64,000 nucleotides of DNA from Octopus sinensis (GCF_006345805.1 NC_043016.1:16368001-16432000); one strand, 5' to 3'. Counted from the stretch's first letter, positions 25,903 through 40,560 are shown. Numbers and translations: made by a program. The notes: generated by a model from the sequence alone, not told the origin.

Positions 25903-26312
25903 AGAATTTTTTGCGTAATGAGATAAAAAAAACCCAGGCTGTATAGATATTAGAACATTTATAGACAGAAGGTCTTACAGCTGTTTCCAGGCTATTTATT
26001 AATTATATCCCTTCATCAGAGATGGTGTGAGAGGATGGTTAAGTAATAGTTAATTTAGATACAATACAAAATAGAGAGTGAGGTGGAGGAAAGAAAATAG
26101 ATGCAAGATATGTGGGGATATTGAAGTTGTAGATCCATTTTTTAGGCAGAATGGTATATATGTAATATTCCAATATCCTTTGAGTAAAGTCCGAAAGTCC
26201 AACAGGGTTTAAAATAGGTCCTTTAAAATATAGAGTTTATACACAATGTAAGATTCCCTTATGAGTGAGATCCAGCGGTTTTTAAACTTGATCATTCCAA
26301 GTAGAGAATTTA
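25900..26312 (-). mobile_element. Penelope-like element terminal-repeat remnant with minimal hammerhead core
   Basis: Minus strand: TCT-CTGATGA(26019-26013)-stem II-GAAACAGCTGTA-AGA. A closely related second copy lies at 46706-47125. Starts at a (TA)n tract. Confidence 0.65.
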
Positions 26313-27452
26313 TATATATATACGTATGTGTGTATGGATGGATGGATGGATGTACATACGTACGTACTGTATGTAATGTAATGTAATGTATGACAAAAAT
26401 ACAGATGGAGAAAATCACGTCTTTAATTGGTGATTCCACCATAATATACCAAAGATCGTTTCTGTCGTGTCATCATATTTAGACAGAAAAATGTATAAAA
26501 TACCAGTCAAATTAATATACCTGAAAGTATAATACAAATACAGTGTTATCAAGGCAATCTGAAATTAATTAAATTCAAAGTGAGCTAAGAAAATATCTCT
26601 AATAGATGAATGCATAGAAAAATAATGTTAAGAAGAAATATAATATTCTAAGAAAACCCACTTTTGTATTTAATTTTTGATGATGTCAGTAGATAACAAA
26701 AGAATAAACATTCTATGTCAAGGCAATTAGTTAATCTATTTATCTACCTATGTAATAGTGCTTGTGATTCCCTGTTATTACTTTACACTAATGAACTGTA
26801 CTTTTTCTTTAACAGCAGTTTTCTAAAGGGCAGATAATTTTGCTCTTACAATTACAAAGGCATTTATACACATGCATTTAGTACATGTTGTTAAAATAAT
26901 TAGTACTAACCCATCTCTCAGAAGTAGGTATTAGAGTTGGATTATTATCAGTATTGTAATTAATATTAAAACTAGGTTTTAACTGTATTATCAGAATTGA
27001 AATTACTTTTATCTAAAGTATGAAAATATAGTTTAGGAGAATTACCATTAGAGTTAATTCCATAATTCACATTACCAGTTCTATAGATGTATTTATAGAT
27101 ATATATGTGTGTATATGTTCAATTCAGTTCAGCATAGTTAGTGCATTTAAGTTTTCAACAATTTCAAAATTACTCATGCTATAGAAGAAAATGATACATT
27201 TAAATATTTAAATAAATAATATAGCTTGGAGGAGGCATGATTGTGTGGTTTGGAAGCTTGTCTCCCAACCATATATTTCAAGGTTTAGTCCCACTGCATG
27301 GCACCTATAGCCTCTCAGGCTGGCTAAAGCTTTTTGAGTGAATTTAGCAGACAGCAACTGAAAGAAACACTTCTTATTTTAGAATAATAATAGTACTATT
27401 TTCTTCATTTGCTATTTTAGCACTGTTTAAATTCCTTTCATTTTAATTCCAG

Positions 27453-27553
27453 GTGTTGATCGATTCTATAAGGATATTGAACTCATGATTGGTTACCAGC
27501 CGTGTCGATGGTGGAAGATATCTTGGTGCTTTATCACACCTGCAGTTATTTTG
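27453..27553 (+). CDS. SLC6 exon, (G)[33 protein letters not shown]
   Basis: AG at 27451-27452, GTAAAT donor at 27554; 101 nt, phase 1/0, restoring frame with the previous exon; conserved D...M.G..P..WW..CW/SW.F.TP motif. Confidence 0.95.
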
Positions 27554-28799
27554 GTAAATTTACACTTATAAATCATAATCAATTGTAATGTGACATAACC
27601 TCAGAAATTATATTTTTAATGACAGAACTTCATTCTTGAAATTTCAAAATATCCATCCATTTGACCACCCAGGCATCTTCTCCACTCACTATTCTTGGAA
27701 GAGTTGTTTGTGATAGGACTCCATATGGCCCAAGGTGCCACACAGTGAAACTGAACCCAGAACTATGTAGAATTAATTTAATCGATATGAGGATTTTGAT
27801 ACTAGATATTTTACTGGATTCAGGTATAAAGAGCAAGTAATACTTTCAAAGTTTCATCTCTGAAAATATGTTTTAAACTATTTTATCAAATAATAAAAGA
27901 AGAAGAAGCATTTTGCCTGACCAAAGTAGCTTTGCAGTATTTAGTTAAGCCTCTACTTTCTGCAATGATTTGTTGTGCAAATGGAACAAAGTACAAATGT
28001 GTGAAGAGAAAAATTGGGCATAAGAAGCATCAGATGTGGTGTTCAGGAGGGAAGACTGCACTGGTAGGGGCATGTGATGCAGATGGATAATGGTGCAGTC
28101 TCCATCTCTAATCATCTGTTACACTCTTTTCATGCTCTAACCCACTCACCCACCTTTTCCTCTCCCTCCATCCTGTTCCCTCTCTCTCTCATATTCACCA
28201 TGCACCTTGACTTCACGTCTCTCTCTCACTTTCCAGGTGGGCAAGTCATCCATTCACCTTTTCCAGCCCCTTTGTCACACTTTCTTATCCCATAATACTA
28301 CACCACACTCAATTGAGGAATCTGATTTTGTAGGTACTTTCTGACCTTTTAACATATCATGTAAAAAGCACCCTTTGTACATTCTGTGAATTGGTTGGCA
28401 TTGAGAAGGGTATCCAGCTGTAGAAACAGACACTAGAGCTTGGCACAGCCCTCTGGTTTGTCAGTTCATGTTCAACTTTCCAACGTGTGCCAACGTGGAA
28501 AAAGGGGATATTAAATGATAATGATTTTATATGTGTGTGCATGTATGTATACACACTAATTTTTGTCCCTCTATCATACTTTCAAATCCATCTCTCAGTA
28601 CTATACCCTACTCAAAGTAAGGTCTTGTCTTGCAAGTTCTTGGTGACTCCAGTTCCTGTCAACTTTTCCAGCTCATGCTGGCTAGAAAAAATTATGCTAA
28701 ATAAAGATTATTTGCTGTTATTTAAAACCATTTTCTATTATGGTGCTAAGTTTACATTCTAAAAAGCTTTTTCTTTTCTTTTCTTTTTTTTTTGTTTAG

Positions 28800-28967
28800 T
28801 TCATTTGGCTTTTCAGTGTTTCTACATTAGGACCAGTGACATACGGTGATATTCAATATCCACCATGGGCCATAAGATTTGGCTGGATTCTTGGATTAGT
28901 TTCTTTGGTTCCAATTCCTTTGGTGATGATATATTCCATTTACAGAGCTGAAGGAACATTTATGGAA
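28800..28967 (+). CDS. SLC6 exon, FIWLFSVSTLGPVTYGDIQYPPWAIRFGW...AEGTFME
   Basis: Long T tract and AG at 28798-28799, GTACGT donor at 28968; 56 codons; YP.WA...GW TM12 motif. Confidence 0.95.
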
Positions 28968-29458
28968 GTACGTAGTTGTTGCCATCTTTTACTGTTCCAT
29001 TTTTCTTCTCTCTTTCTTTTACAATCTCTACCTTATTTCATATCTTATCTTCCTAATTTTTTATTCTCTCTCAGGGTTAATATATCTACTTAGAAAGAAT
29101 TCACATTTGCCTCATAAGCCAAACAACACACAAAGAAATCTACAGAATGAAGCAAACCTCAACCAAACTAAAAGCTAAAAGAACAGAAAACACAAACACA
29201 CACACACACCCAAACATACACACACACAAATACACATATCCAAAAACGCACACGCACACACACACACACTAAGTGACTATAATATCTTTGATTCAATTGA
29301 TTGAAATATCTCTGCTCAATTACTACAAAATTAATGACTTATATTTCATTATAATATATCAATAATTAATTTATTCTCAGTTTAGGATTTTTCTTTCTAA
29401 TGTTTCAATGTTATTCAACTTTTTCTCTTTTTTTTTTCCCCTTTTTTTTAACTTACAG

Positions 29459-29542
29459 AGAGTAAAATCGCTGATTAAGCCAGCTCCAAACTGGGGCCCA
29501 GTCCTACCAGAAAACCGCAAGCTTTATTTGGCTTCACTCTAA
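29459..29542 (+). CDS. SLC6 terminal coding exon, RVKSLIKPAPNWGPVLPENRKLYLASL*
   Basis: AG at 29457-29458; in-frame P..WGP motif typical of the glycine/proline transporter subgroup C-terminus; TAA at 29540-29542. Confidence 0.88.
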   Translation, partial: RVKSLIKPAPNWGPVLPENRKLYLASL

Positions 29543-29960
29543 ATTTTAAAATGAAAAGTATGTATACAACAAAATGGAGAGGAAAAAAAAACATAAAGCA
29601 TAAAAATGTTTCTAAATGAGGAATAAAAGGAAGAAAAAAGAAACGAAAAAGAACAGAACACACAATTGGAATCTCAATCTGATTGAACCATGAGATCTGT
29701 TAAAATGGAAGAAGTCAGAGCGACTCCTAATCCAAATTGAGAAAAGATACAAAGAAATCTATAAATAGAACAAGAGAATAAATGAAGTAAATAACTGAAA
29801 TTACCTAAATATAGATATGATGTATATTATTAGTCTTGGAGTAGAGAAACAGCTGTCTGGTTTTCAATTTTGATTATTGTCACCAATTATCGGGCAGAAT
29901 AAATAATAGACATTAAATTTACTGCTGAAATTTTCACCACACTTTATTTTGTTAACAGGA

Positions 29961-29961
<1 letters not shown>

Positions 29962-30053
<92 letters not shown>
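29962..30053. repeat. Pure (TA)n microsatellite
   Basis: Direct reading; many similar (TA)n/(TATG)n tracts at ~8600-8950, 31300-32350, 56690-56920. Confidence 0.95.
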
Positions 30054-30058
<5 letters not shown>

Positions 30059-30293
30059 GCACATACACACACACACATATAAGTATATATATATATACAT
30101 ATATACATATATATACATACGTATATATTTATGTATAAATGTATATATACATGTATGTATATATGTGTGTGTGTGTATCGATATAAACATATGAAAAAAT
30201 TCTCAAATGATATTAAATATATAAACAAATGTATACATACGTATATCTACATACATATACACACACATATATATACATGCATAAGCACAAATA

Positions 30294-30327
<34 letters not shown>

Positions 30328-30677
30328 GTGCACCACATACATATGTAGGCATGTGTGTAAAGATAAATATACACACACAAAGCTTTGTGTGCTTATATAT
30401 ATATATGTATATACTTGTGTGTTAGGGGTGTGGATATATGCATATAATATATATATATATATGTGTGTGTGTGTATAATATATATGTGTGTGTGTGTGTG
30501 TATAGACATATAAACATTTTTTTAATTAACAACAATATACCTCTCCTGAAAAAGAAGGTATGTTTCACTATGCAGTGAAATAAATGCATAGAAAATGTCC
30601 AGTAACTAAGACAGTCAGAAATACTATATTTCTGGGCATTTTTGATTCTGTTTTTTTTATTATAATTATCATTATTA

Positions 30678-30744
<67 letters not shown>

Positions 30745-30985
30745 ATTATTATTATTATTATTATTATTATTGTGTAATTCTTTTTGGGGCTTCTACGTAT
30801 TCAACAAATTATTTACATTCATCATTAGCATCCTTTTCATTCTTATTCTTCTTATTTTAGTACCAGCCATTTACTGGGGATTGAATCTTGATCTAATCAA
30901 CTTTTTATTAATCCCCACTAATCCTTGGCCTCATGCTAATACTAGAAAAAAATGTTATCATCATCATCATCATCACATTATTATG

Positions 30986-31021
<36 letters not shown>

Positions 31022-31480
31022 ATTAATATTGTTGTTCTAAGCACTGTGATGTGTGATGTGTTAATTCATTCCCCACCTTCCCTTGATAAATCAGATTAAG
31101 AATCCAGTTTGATTCCCATTTCATTTACATCATTAGTTGTCTTTGGAGAAGAATGAGCCTAACAACCTCTTCTTGCAATTCTTAAGGCTGTATGCTTCTT
31201 TAATTAAAAAAACGGAAGTTCATTTATACACGTGTTTCTGCACATGTATATTACATTTGAGCGAATGGTTTATATATGTGTGCATACATGCATATGTACA
31301 TACACATACACACACACATATATGTATATATATATATATTTACACATATATACATTTACATATATGTGTGTTTATATATATAATATATATATATGGAGGA
31401 ATACACACACATATATACATATATATGTATATTTATATATACATATATATGTATATTTATATGTATATATATATGTATAT

Positions 31481-31556
<76 letters not shown>

Positions 31557-31688
31557 CGCACATTTTATACAGATAAATCTATTTGCTTTATGCTTAACAA
31601 TACAACATGGTAAACAAAGATATTTTTGACTGATTATTTTTTGTTTTAAAAATTCTTTATATTTTTTAATATTTCTTACTGTCCATTA

Positions 31689-31820
<132 letters not shown>

Positions 31821-31891
31821 ATATATATTATATATATATATATGCATATATATATATATATATGCATATATATATATGCATATATATATAT

Positions 31892-31981
<90 letters not shown>

Positions 31982-33247
31982 CATATATTTATATATAAGC
32001 ATATATTTATATATATGCATATATATATATATAATATATATATATATGCATATATATATACGTATGTGTGAGTGTGTGCCTGTATGGATATGTATGTGTG
32101 TGTATAAATATACGTATATAAATACACACACATGCATATATATAGAGACATAATCATATGTACATTATATATGCATTATGTATATGTATATATATATACA
32201 CGTGTACATATATATGTATATTACATACATATATAATGTGCATGTAATGTCTATATATGCATTTGTGTATATAAGTATACTTGCATATCCATACACACAC
32301 ATATATAAATTTACACACATGCGCACACTCATAATGTACACACACATATACATGCATAGTCTTAGAAGTATATAATATCAGGTGCCTAAAAATCCTTTGC
32401 CTTGTCTATGCAACTTGCAGCTAACGAAAATTACTGATTTTGTAAAATAATTTGTTTAATTTTGATTATTTAATCTCATTATGTAACACACACACACACA
32501 TACACACATACACACACACACACTCACATATTGATATATATATATAGATAAATGAAAGAATGGAGTCGAACGGCGATTTAACAAAATTCCTTTATTCTCG
32601 ACATATGTTTCGAAGACTATATATATATATATATATATAACTGAGATATGTAATAAGAATATTTGTAGGGTTCATAAAATTTTTATATGCAAAAAATTAT
32701 AAAATATTTGCAAATGCTATATATTATTATTATTATTATTATTATTATTATGAAACTAATGTATATTTGTGTTAACAGCAAAAAGCAAGAAAGCATGTAT
32801 GTATATATTGATCTTATAAATATACAAACCCCAAAAAATACATATGGAGCTTAGAATATTAGTATTGTTATTCTTCTTATTATTATTATTATTGATTTTT
32901 ATGAATGGCAGTGCACTGTGGTCGAATTGTCATATCAGCAGACAAAATATATTGTGGTATTTTTTCTGTTCCTTACATTTTCATTTTGAATCCCAGCATG
33001 GACAACTCTGCCTTTTATCCTTCTGGGATTGACAAAATAAATTACTTATCAATTACTGAGTCAATGCTATCAACTAATTCCCTTCCCCTAAATTTGGTGC
33101 CTAAATTAGAAACAATTCTTATTATTATTACAAAAGTTTGAAATCAAAATTTAAGCATACATACATATATGTATATGTGTGTGTGTGTACATATATACAT
33201 ATATATGGATGAAATCTAGTTACATACACACACACACACACATTCAT

Positions 33248-33335
<88 letters not shown>

Positions 33336-33781
33336 AAGTATGTATACAAATGCATAATATTGAATAAATATTAGGCAATTTAATGGGGAAAATAAATTTA
33401 CCCGGTGTAACTTTTACATAAATATATTTTTTGTTGTACTCTGTTGAATTTCTTTTATATTATAATAAGTATTTTGGACTATTCATCTTCAAGTATATAT
33501 TTAGAATAGTTTTGCATATATCTATAAGAAGTATAAGGAAAGGGAAAAAATTATTGTTGTAGACGATCTTTAATTCATAATCCAGGTTGGTGCAGATCCA
33601 ATATAAATTCTACAAATTGTTTTGGAGTCTAATTAATTCCAAAGACAAAAACGAAAAACTCTTCTTGAAACGAAAATTAGATTCTTTGTCAGGAATTACA
33701 TACTAGTATAAATTAATTACGACCAACAAAAATATAAAAAGACCTTTTATAGCCCTGATGGGAACGAACAAATAATAACGT

Positions 33782-33812
<31 letters not shown>

Positions 33813-36800
33813 ATTTAATGTAGTAACTCGGTAACTAGATTCCATATAGACATTTGTAATACCTATCGCCAAGGCAATGGACAATTGGACTGGATATTCT
33901 TTAGTGTCTAACTACTGTATTAGAGTAAGTTTTATTTATTTATTTTCATTTTTTTTTTTGTATCTATAGGATTGATAGAAATTTGTTTGGAATGATTCAA
34001 TTGGTAATCAGTTAACTAATGCTATTTGAGTCCACTTACACATATTATTATTGTTGTTATTATTATTATTATCATTGCTATTATCTAGACAGCCATCATA
34101 GCAGAGAGGTAAGTGTAGGTTCAGTTCCTCGTTGTGTTATATTTCCCCTTTTGCTTAACCAATATTGCTTATATATTCCTGGGATAGGTATGAATGTCAA
34201 AATATTCTTACTTGTCCAAAAATTTAAGGCATATCATCATCACAGTTATGACAGTAACATGTAGCAAGGTTTCTCGGTGCCCTGGGGGAGGGGAGGATAA
34301 AGATAGTTTTGATGTGTAACCCCGCCTAAGGAACAACAAGCACCATATTATACTCTGCGGGTAAAATTTCAAGTACATCTTCACAATTGTGTGCTTGGGT
34401 TGAACTGCTCTCATTTGCTACACCTCTGAATTATTAATTATTGCTATTATTAATATTTTGATGAAAATGGTGGAGGAAGATGTCATGTAGCAAGACATGA
34501 TTTTCTTACACCCCCTCCCCCTCTGTTTCAATTCCCGGTTAAAATTCAATTTATTTCCTTTATGCTGCAACTGCCCTTAATTACAAAGACAGCCACGATC
34601 CTCATGAGTTTCATATTTATCATTTGCAATCCCATTTTTCTTTATCAAATCATGACCTAATGCATATAATAAAAACTATTGTTGTTGTTGTTGTTGTCTA
34701 AAATGGATTTGGCACAAGTGATAAGCAAGTTACACTTGATCGCATTTCACATGGCATCTAGTTTCACTTGCTGTTTTGTTTTCGCTTTGTTTGAATTAAT
34801 GTTATAAAAGGATGTTGCTATTCATGCATCAGTTTTTTTTTTTTGGTTTTTTTTTTCACAAAAAAGGAAAAAAAAGAGATCATCAGTAATATGCTATGGA
34901 CCTGATTCAAAGAATTCAGCCACCACTCCCACAACCTCTTCCCTTTAACGTGTTTCATGATTGGGCTTTGTTGTTCCATCATAGACACTTGCAAACTTGC
35001 ATATTCTTTTATCTCTGTTGCTTTCCATGTTTGTTTCACACAGAACAGAAATACTTCTTTAATTTGCAATAGACTCAACTAGATTCCACTTTGGCAACAA
35101 GAATCTAGTATTTTTTATTATCATTTTCTTTTAATTTTTTTTTATATAAAATCTTGTTATATAACTAAATATGTGTCTGTGTATGTTTGTATGTATATTT
35201 TTACTACACAAATATACACACACACACATATATATATACATACATATATATATCTATATGCATACATATATATATATGTGTGTGTGTGTATGTGTGTATA
35301 AACATGCATTTATACATATGCACACATATCTATGTACATAATGTGTGTGTATATAATTCCCATTGTAATACTATACCACCATTATGACTAATGAATAAGA
35401 CTATTCATATGTAAACTACTAATATACTTATATAATTATATATAAAAATTTTTTTTTGCTATATTAATGTTTATTGGTATGTATGAATATATAAAATGCA
35501 TACGAACCAGGGTACATAAATGTATTTAATCAGTATGAATATATACTTATATAGGCCTGAAACATGTAAATATGTATATATTGCTTAATGTATCAATATA
35601 AATCAATATAAGAAAAGAGTTACTGTGTGTTTGTGCACATGTGTGTGTGTGTAGGTGTGTGTATATAGGTTATATAATCTCAGGATTGTGCTGTAAAGAA
35701 CTTGAAAGAGATGGTGAAAGTAAAATAGACAAAAAAGAAGCTTTGTTCTTCACTTTCTCTTCCTCTTTATTCCTACTTGTTCATGTATAAATCCACATGT
35801 ATTTGATTGTTAGTATTAGCTTATCATATATTGTATGGTGATAATAATGAAATAGAACATTGTTTTTCTAAGAAGCAGAAAATAGAGAAATTTAGCCAAG
35901 TGCTAGGAGCATTATGCTGCTTGACACGTAGAGAAACCATTTGAAGAATTGTAGATTTCAAAGACAACATGATGTTCTTTAAGAATTGTGTATTATAGAA
36001 GCACCATTATGATCAAGTAAAGTGGGTGTGTATGTGCATATGTGTAGGTATATATATATATATACTTATATTTATGTGTGTGTTTGTGTGTATTTAAGTA
36101 CATGCATGTATATACACATTTTTTCACAGTCAAATGGTGAAGAAGTTTGCTCCATGATATTGAGGTTCCAAGTTTGATCCTGCTGTGTTGCATCTTGGAC
36201 ATGTCTTTTCTTGTACCCTTGTGTTGACTTAAGCCTTGTTGGTTAGATGTGGGTAGACAAGATCTGAGAAAATTGTTGGAATGACTGTACCTGTAAGTCT
36301 GAGTGGTTACAAAGATTTTCTTGAAGGCCATAAAGTCCAAGATTCCATTCCACTGCATGGCATCTAGAACATGTGTGTTTTATCATAAAATTTGGAATTT
36401 TCCAAGCCATGTAAGTGAATGGTATGGAAACTGATTGGAATGTCAGTACTTCTAATTCAAAACTTCACTTTTGTCACAGTATGCCATGATCACGTGAGAA
36501 TTTAGTTAAGAGTATATTCATATCTACAAAGTTTTCAGTCACATTTACATGTTAATACAAGGAGTTGGTAGTTTGGTTAATCTAACGACTGGAATACTTA
36601 TAACCTAAACAGACGGAAGATCAAAGATTTATTCGGAATAAGCATATTTACGATTAAGTCCATTGATCTTTGAAGAGATCAATATTGTTAAGATAATCCG
36701 TCCAATGTCCAAAAATGTTTTGTTACAGTAGAAAGACTTGTGAATTTGTTATTGGAATTCTGACAGTGCAGTCAAGCTCTGGCTGTTATTCATGTTTTTT

Positions 36801-37507
36801 CTAACTCGTTCACCTTTTTCATTTTCTAAGTTAGTGATTTTAAATGTTCTTCAGTCGACAGCAAACAGAATAGAGTGCTAAATCATTACAAAATGCCAAA
36901 TGCTTTGTTTTTCCAGTTTTATAATACAAAAATAGAAAAAAATAATTATAGTGAATTTTATTGTAAAGAAATGCCACCTGTATCAGTGCTGTGCATTAAA
37001 AAGCATTCAAGTTTTCTAAACAGCAACATTTTACAGACTAGCCCCTAAAACATGTGGCACATCTATGAACCATAAACTGCATTTGAATGAACTGTGATGC
37101 TGTTTGTATTGTTTACCTTTTAGTCTGGAGGGAAGGAAATGTCTTTGTCTCTTTACAATGTCTCCAAGATTGGTGTGAGGTATGTTTCTACAAACCTTGA
37201 TGTAAATGCTTCCAACTGAGAGGGATCTACTAAGGACAACCAAGTTGCCATGTAGTGGTGGTGCTGTAAATTAAGTCTACCACCTATCATTGGAAATGTT
37301 TATTCTAAGTATTAAAACTGACATTCTCTTAATTTCTAATACTTATAGCAATATACAACTGTTAGCATAACATACTAACATGGAGACTTTTAACAAATAG
37401 TACAATGTGCAATGCTTTTGTACTTACTTTGAATTTCATTCATTTTGGGTTGGATTCTTGTAGATATTTAAAAAGTCATCATCATTATTATTATTATTTT
37501 TATTAAA

Positions 37508-37730
37508 GTAGTGGCTTGGCAGAACCATTAGAGCCTCAAATAAAATGCCTTGCAATATTTCTGCAGGCTCTTTATGTTCTGGGTTTAAAAACTGCCAGAG
37601 TCAACTTTTTTGCTTTTCATCTCTCTGTGGGTTGATAAAATAAAGTGTTGATTGAATATCGGATGTGATTCTATCAGCTTACCCACTCCTCTCAAAAATT
37701 GCTGGCCTTGTTCCTTGATTAGAAACAATT
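37508..37730 (+). mobile_element. tRNA-derived SINE family B, diverged
   Basis: GGCTTGGCAGAACC...TTCTGGGTTTAAA...GTCAACTTTTTTGCTTTTCATC...GTTGATAAAATAAA. Confidence 0.6.
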
Positions 37731-37921
37731 ATTATCATAAAGCCCTGAGAAATAGTTTCATTTACATATTGAGCAATACATCTTCTTCAAAGTGTAATGC
37801 ATGAATATAAATAAATGTACATCTATATATATATATATATATATAATATAATAAGGGTAAATAATTTCTATAATGGTTTTTAAAAAAAGACCACAATTAT
37901 TTACTGGTTCCTACAACCTTA

Positions 37922-37955
<34 letters not shown>

Positions 37956-38705
37956 ACTCATGGAGGTATACACACACTCTTCCTCTATCTGTTGTACATT
38001 ATTAAATACCAATATTTTAATTTTCTTTTTAATGAACAAGTTTTGTCTTAGTCTATGCAATCCCTAGCATACACTAGAATAATCCACCTTTCACCATATT
38101 AATCTGAAATTTGTTAGCCTTTCTAAGTTTCAACAAGAATTTATCTTTCTTTACAAGAAACCAAAACTTTACTGTAGCAGTCTTCTATATTCTACCATAT
38201 TATTGATGTTTCAGTAGATGGAATATTAAATTGGTGGACTGGAAATAGAATGCTTTGTAGCTTTTCTCTTCTTTTTTTTTTTTAATGTTCTACTTATGGT
38301 GATAAGTTTAGTCTAAATAAAGATTAACATTAAGACGGTTTATTGTTAGAAATAGTGGAGCAACAAACTGTTTTACTGTGTTTGAATTTCAACCAGTTTA
38401 TATATTCTGTGCTCAAATCTTGCCAGGAGGCAATCTTGCTCTACCTTCCTTAAAAACCCAAAAAAGGTTATACCCATAATATACTGAAAGAGCAAGTTAC
38501 TTACATCTCTTTCATAAAACATTTGTTTTGTGACTGAGGGAACTATGATTATACATCTTGAAAAATACAAATTTGACCAATATTATTGGTACAGGAATTA
38601 AATTAACATCAAATAATTTAATTAGCTTAACCTTTTTCTTTTGTTTTAAATCAATTGTTCTGTTACTTCATAATTCCTATACACTGACAGATAATTATAT
38701 ATATA

Positions 38706-38896
38706 TCATCATCATCGTTTAACGTCCGCTTTCCATGCTAGCATGGGTTGGACGGTTCAACTGGGGTCTGGCAAGCCCGAAGACTGCACCAGGCCAGTCA
38801 GATCTGGCAGTGTTTCTACAGCTGGATGCCCTTCCTAACGCCAACCACTCTGAGAGTGTAGTGGGTGATTTTATGTGCCACCGACACAGGTGCCAT
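38706..38896 (-). mobile_element. RTE-type 3' tail repeat, low divergence
   Basis: Reverse complement ends ...GCATGGAAAGCGGACGTTAAACGATGATGATGA; same family as 4940 and 25486. Confidence 0.75.
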
Positions 38897-39699
38897 TATA
38901 TATTATATATTATATATTATATATTATTATATATTATATATTATATATTATATATTAACTAATATATATATATGTTTGTGTGTGTGTATACACACACACA
39001 TTATATATACATTACATATGTAGTGGGTGCACATTTACCCTTCAAAAGCATGGGTGCACAATACGTTTTTGCTAGAGATGTGTAAAGTTTTGTGTGTTAG
39101 TGTACCAAAACTTAAGATATCTGAGCCATACCTAAATCTTTTGCACAGACAGCACTGTATGGGTATAATTTCAACACACACATGCCGAAATCTCTATGAA
39201 TATCTACACAATTTTTTACACACATACATGCATCTAATTTGTATCACTGCTAAATTACACAGTTCTCTGTTAATTTCTAGATATAATTAATCTTTTGCTT
39301 TGTTTTAACTTTTGATAGTGTCACTATTGAATTGATTCAGCAATAGTGACCAAAATTTTTTAATTTTTCATTTTTAGTTTTTTCTTTGTATTTTGGTGTT
39401 TCTCTTAGTTTTCTTACTTTTTTCCCCTTTAAATTTTTATTTTTTGTAGTAAATATCAAGGAATATTTCTAAAACAGCAGTTTTATGGGTTTTTTTCTAG
39501 TTTTAGAAATATTAATATTTTTGGTATTTTCCTACAGCAGACAGAATATTTTTTGAATAACCATTTTTGTTTAAATATTTCACTTGAACATTTGTGAACA
39601 AGTATATTTAATTTTTTTTAAATATGCAGTTTATAAAAAAAAATCAATACAGCTGAATAATGAGACAATTTAAATAAAGAAAACTTGGAAAGTAATAGC

Positions 39700-40560
39700 A
39701 TTTCTGGTAAATTTTGAATTGGATAAGAAATTATTTTTGTTAAGTTACAAACAGATATGAGAAGTCAATCAATTTTGTGTCAACTGTTAAACAATATCTA
39801 TATATCATGAAGTAACTGCACATTGACACTGATGTTTGATGAAAGAATGCACCACTTAATTGTAGTACTTTCTTTCATCAAACATCAGTCAGTGCACAGC
39901 CAGATCATGATGCATATGTATTGTTTAATAGTTAACACAAAACTGAATGACTTCTCAAATCTGTTGGCAGCTTGACAAAGAAACGAGCAATGCAGCTGCA
40001 TCTTCTGTTTCACCAAAATAGATTTTGCTTATGTTCTAAGCATTCACTGTTCCTTGAGGAGTAATTCTTAACTAATGTTTCACCATTGCAGAGATGTGAT
40101 TTTATTTATGTATGTGGGTAGCAACTTGTTCTCTAGTTTTCTGGGTCAGAGATGTAAAAAAAAGTTTTCAAAAGCACCTGAATCTTCATTCACATATCAA
40201 TAGCCTTGTCAAACACTTCTTCTCAAACACTTCTCGTCAAGCTCTTATACTCATGATCTTAAACATGCAAATATTAAACTCTATTGTAATGGAAATTCAT
40301 TTCCAAATGATCTTTCAACTTATCATAGCAGATAAGAGCAAGCTGTGTCTTTTTGGTCTCTTTTGTAGAGTTGCTATTATGGTACAAAGGAGTGCTGCTT
40401 TATTTCAATTTGTCAATTACCTCAAGCTGTCCATTTATGTTGATATCAGATAAAGAATATGCTTTTATTAAACAACTTCTTTTCAATACTTTATGCAATC
40501 CAGAAGTAATATCCGTCAGTATAATATCTAAAACAGCATCAAATATCATAAATTATGTAC
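39700..40560 (-). mobile_element. Possible highly decayed hAT transposase remnant
   Basis: Scattered minus-strand words (TQLALICY, EEVFDKAID, SAMV, LHCSFLCQAA) in the order expected for hAT (GTF2IRD2/SPIN-like) AQL...GEEIF...AMVG...HC..H. Many stops. Confidence 0.35.

Noticed and set aside
26455-26490. TGATGA...GAAACGATC and a similar motif near 45900-45990 as further hammerheads
   Set aside because: Core or cleavage triplet is mutated and stems do not close; too degenerate to call.
25486-28525. RTE-tail repeats flanking SLC6 exon 27453-27553 as a possible inverted pair
   Set aside because: Both copies are in + orientation. The only inverted pair (family A SINEs at 27232 and 27725) overlaps by ~40 bp with many mismatches.
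29689-29739. Short ORF MRSVKMEEVRATPNPN downstream of the SLC6 stop as an alternative C-terminus
   Set aside because: No convincing donor/acceptor pair links it to the terminal exon.
34818-35078. 86-aa minus-strand ORF as a host exon
   Set aside because: No recognisable homology, runs into an A-tract, and lacks clear splice sites.
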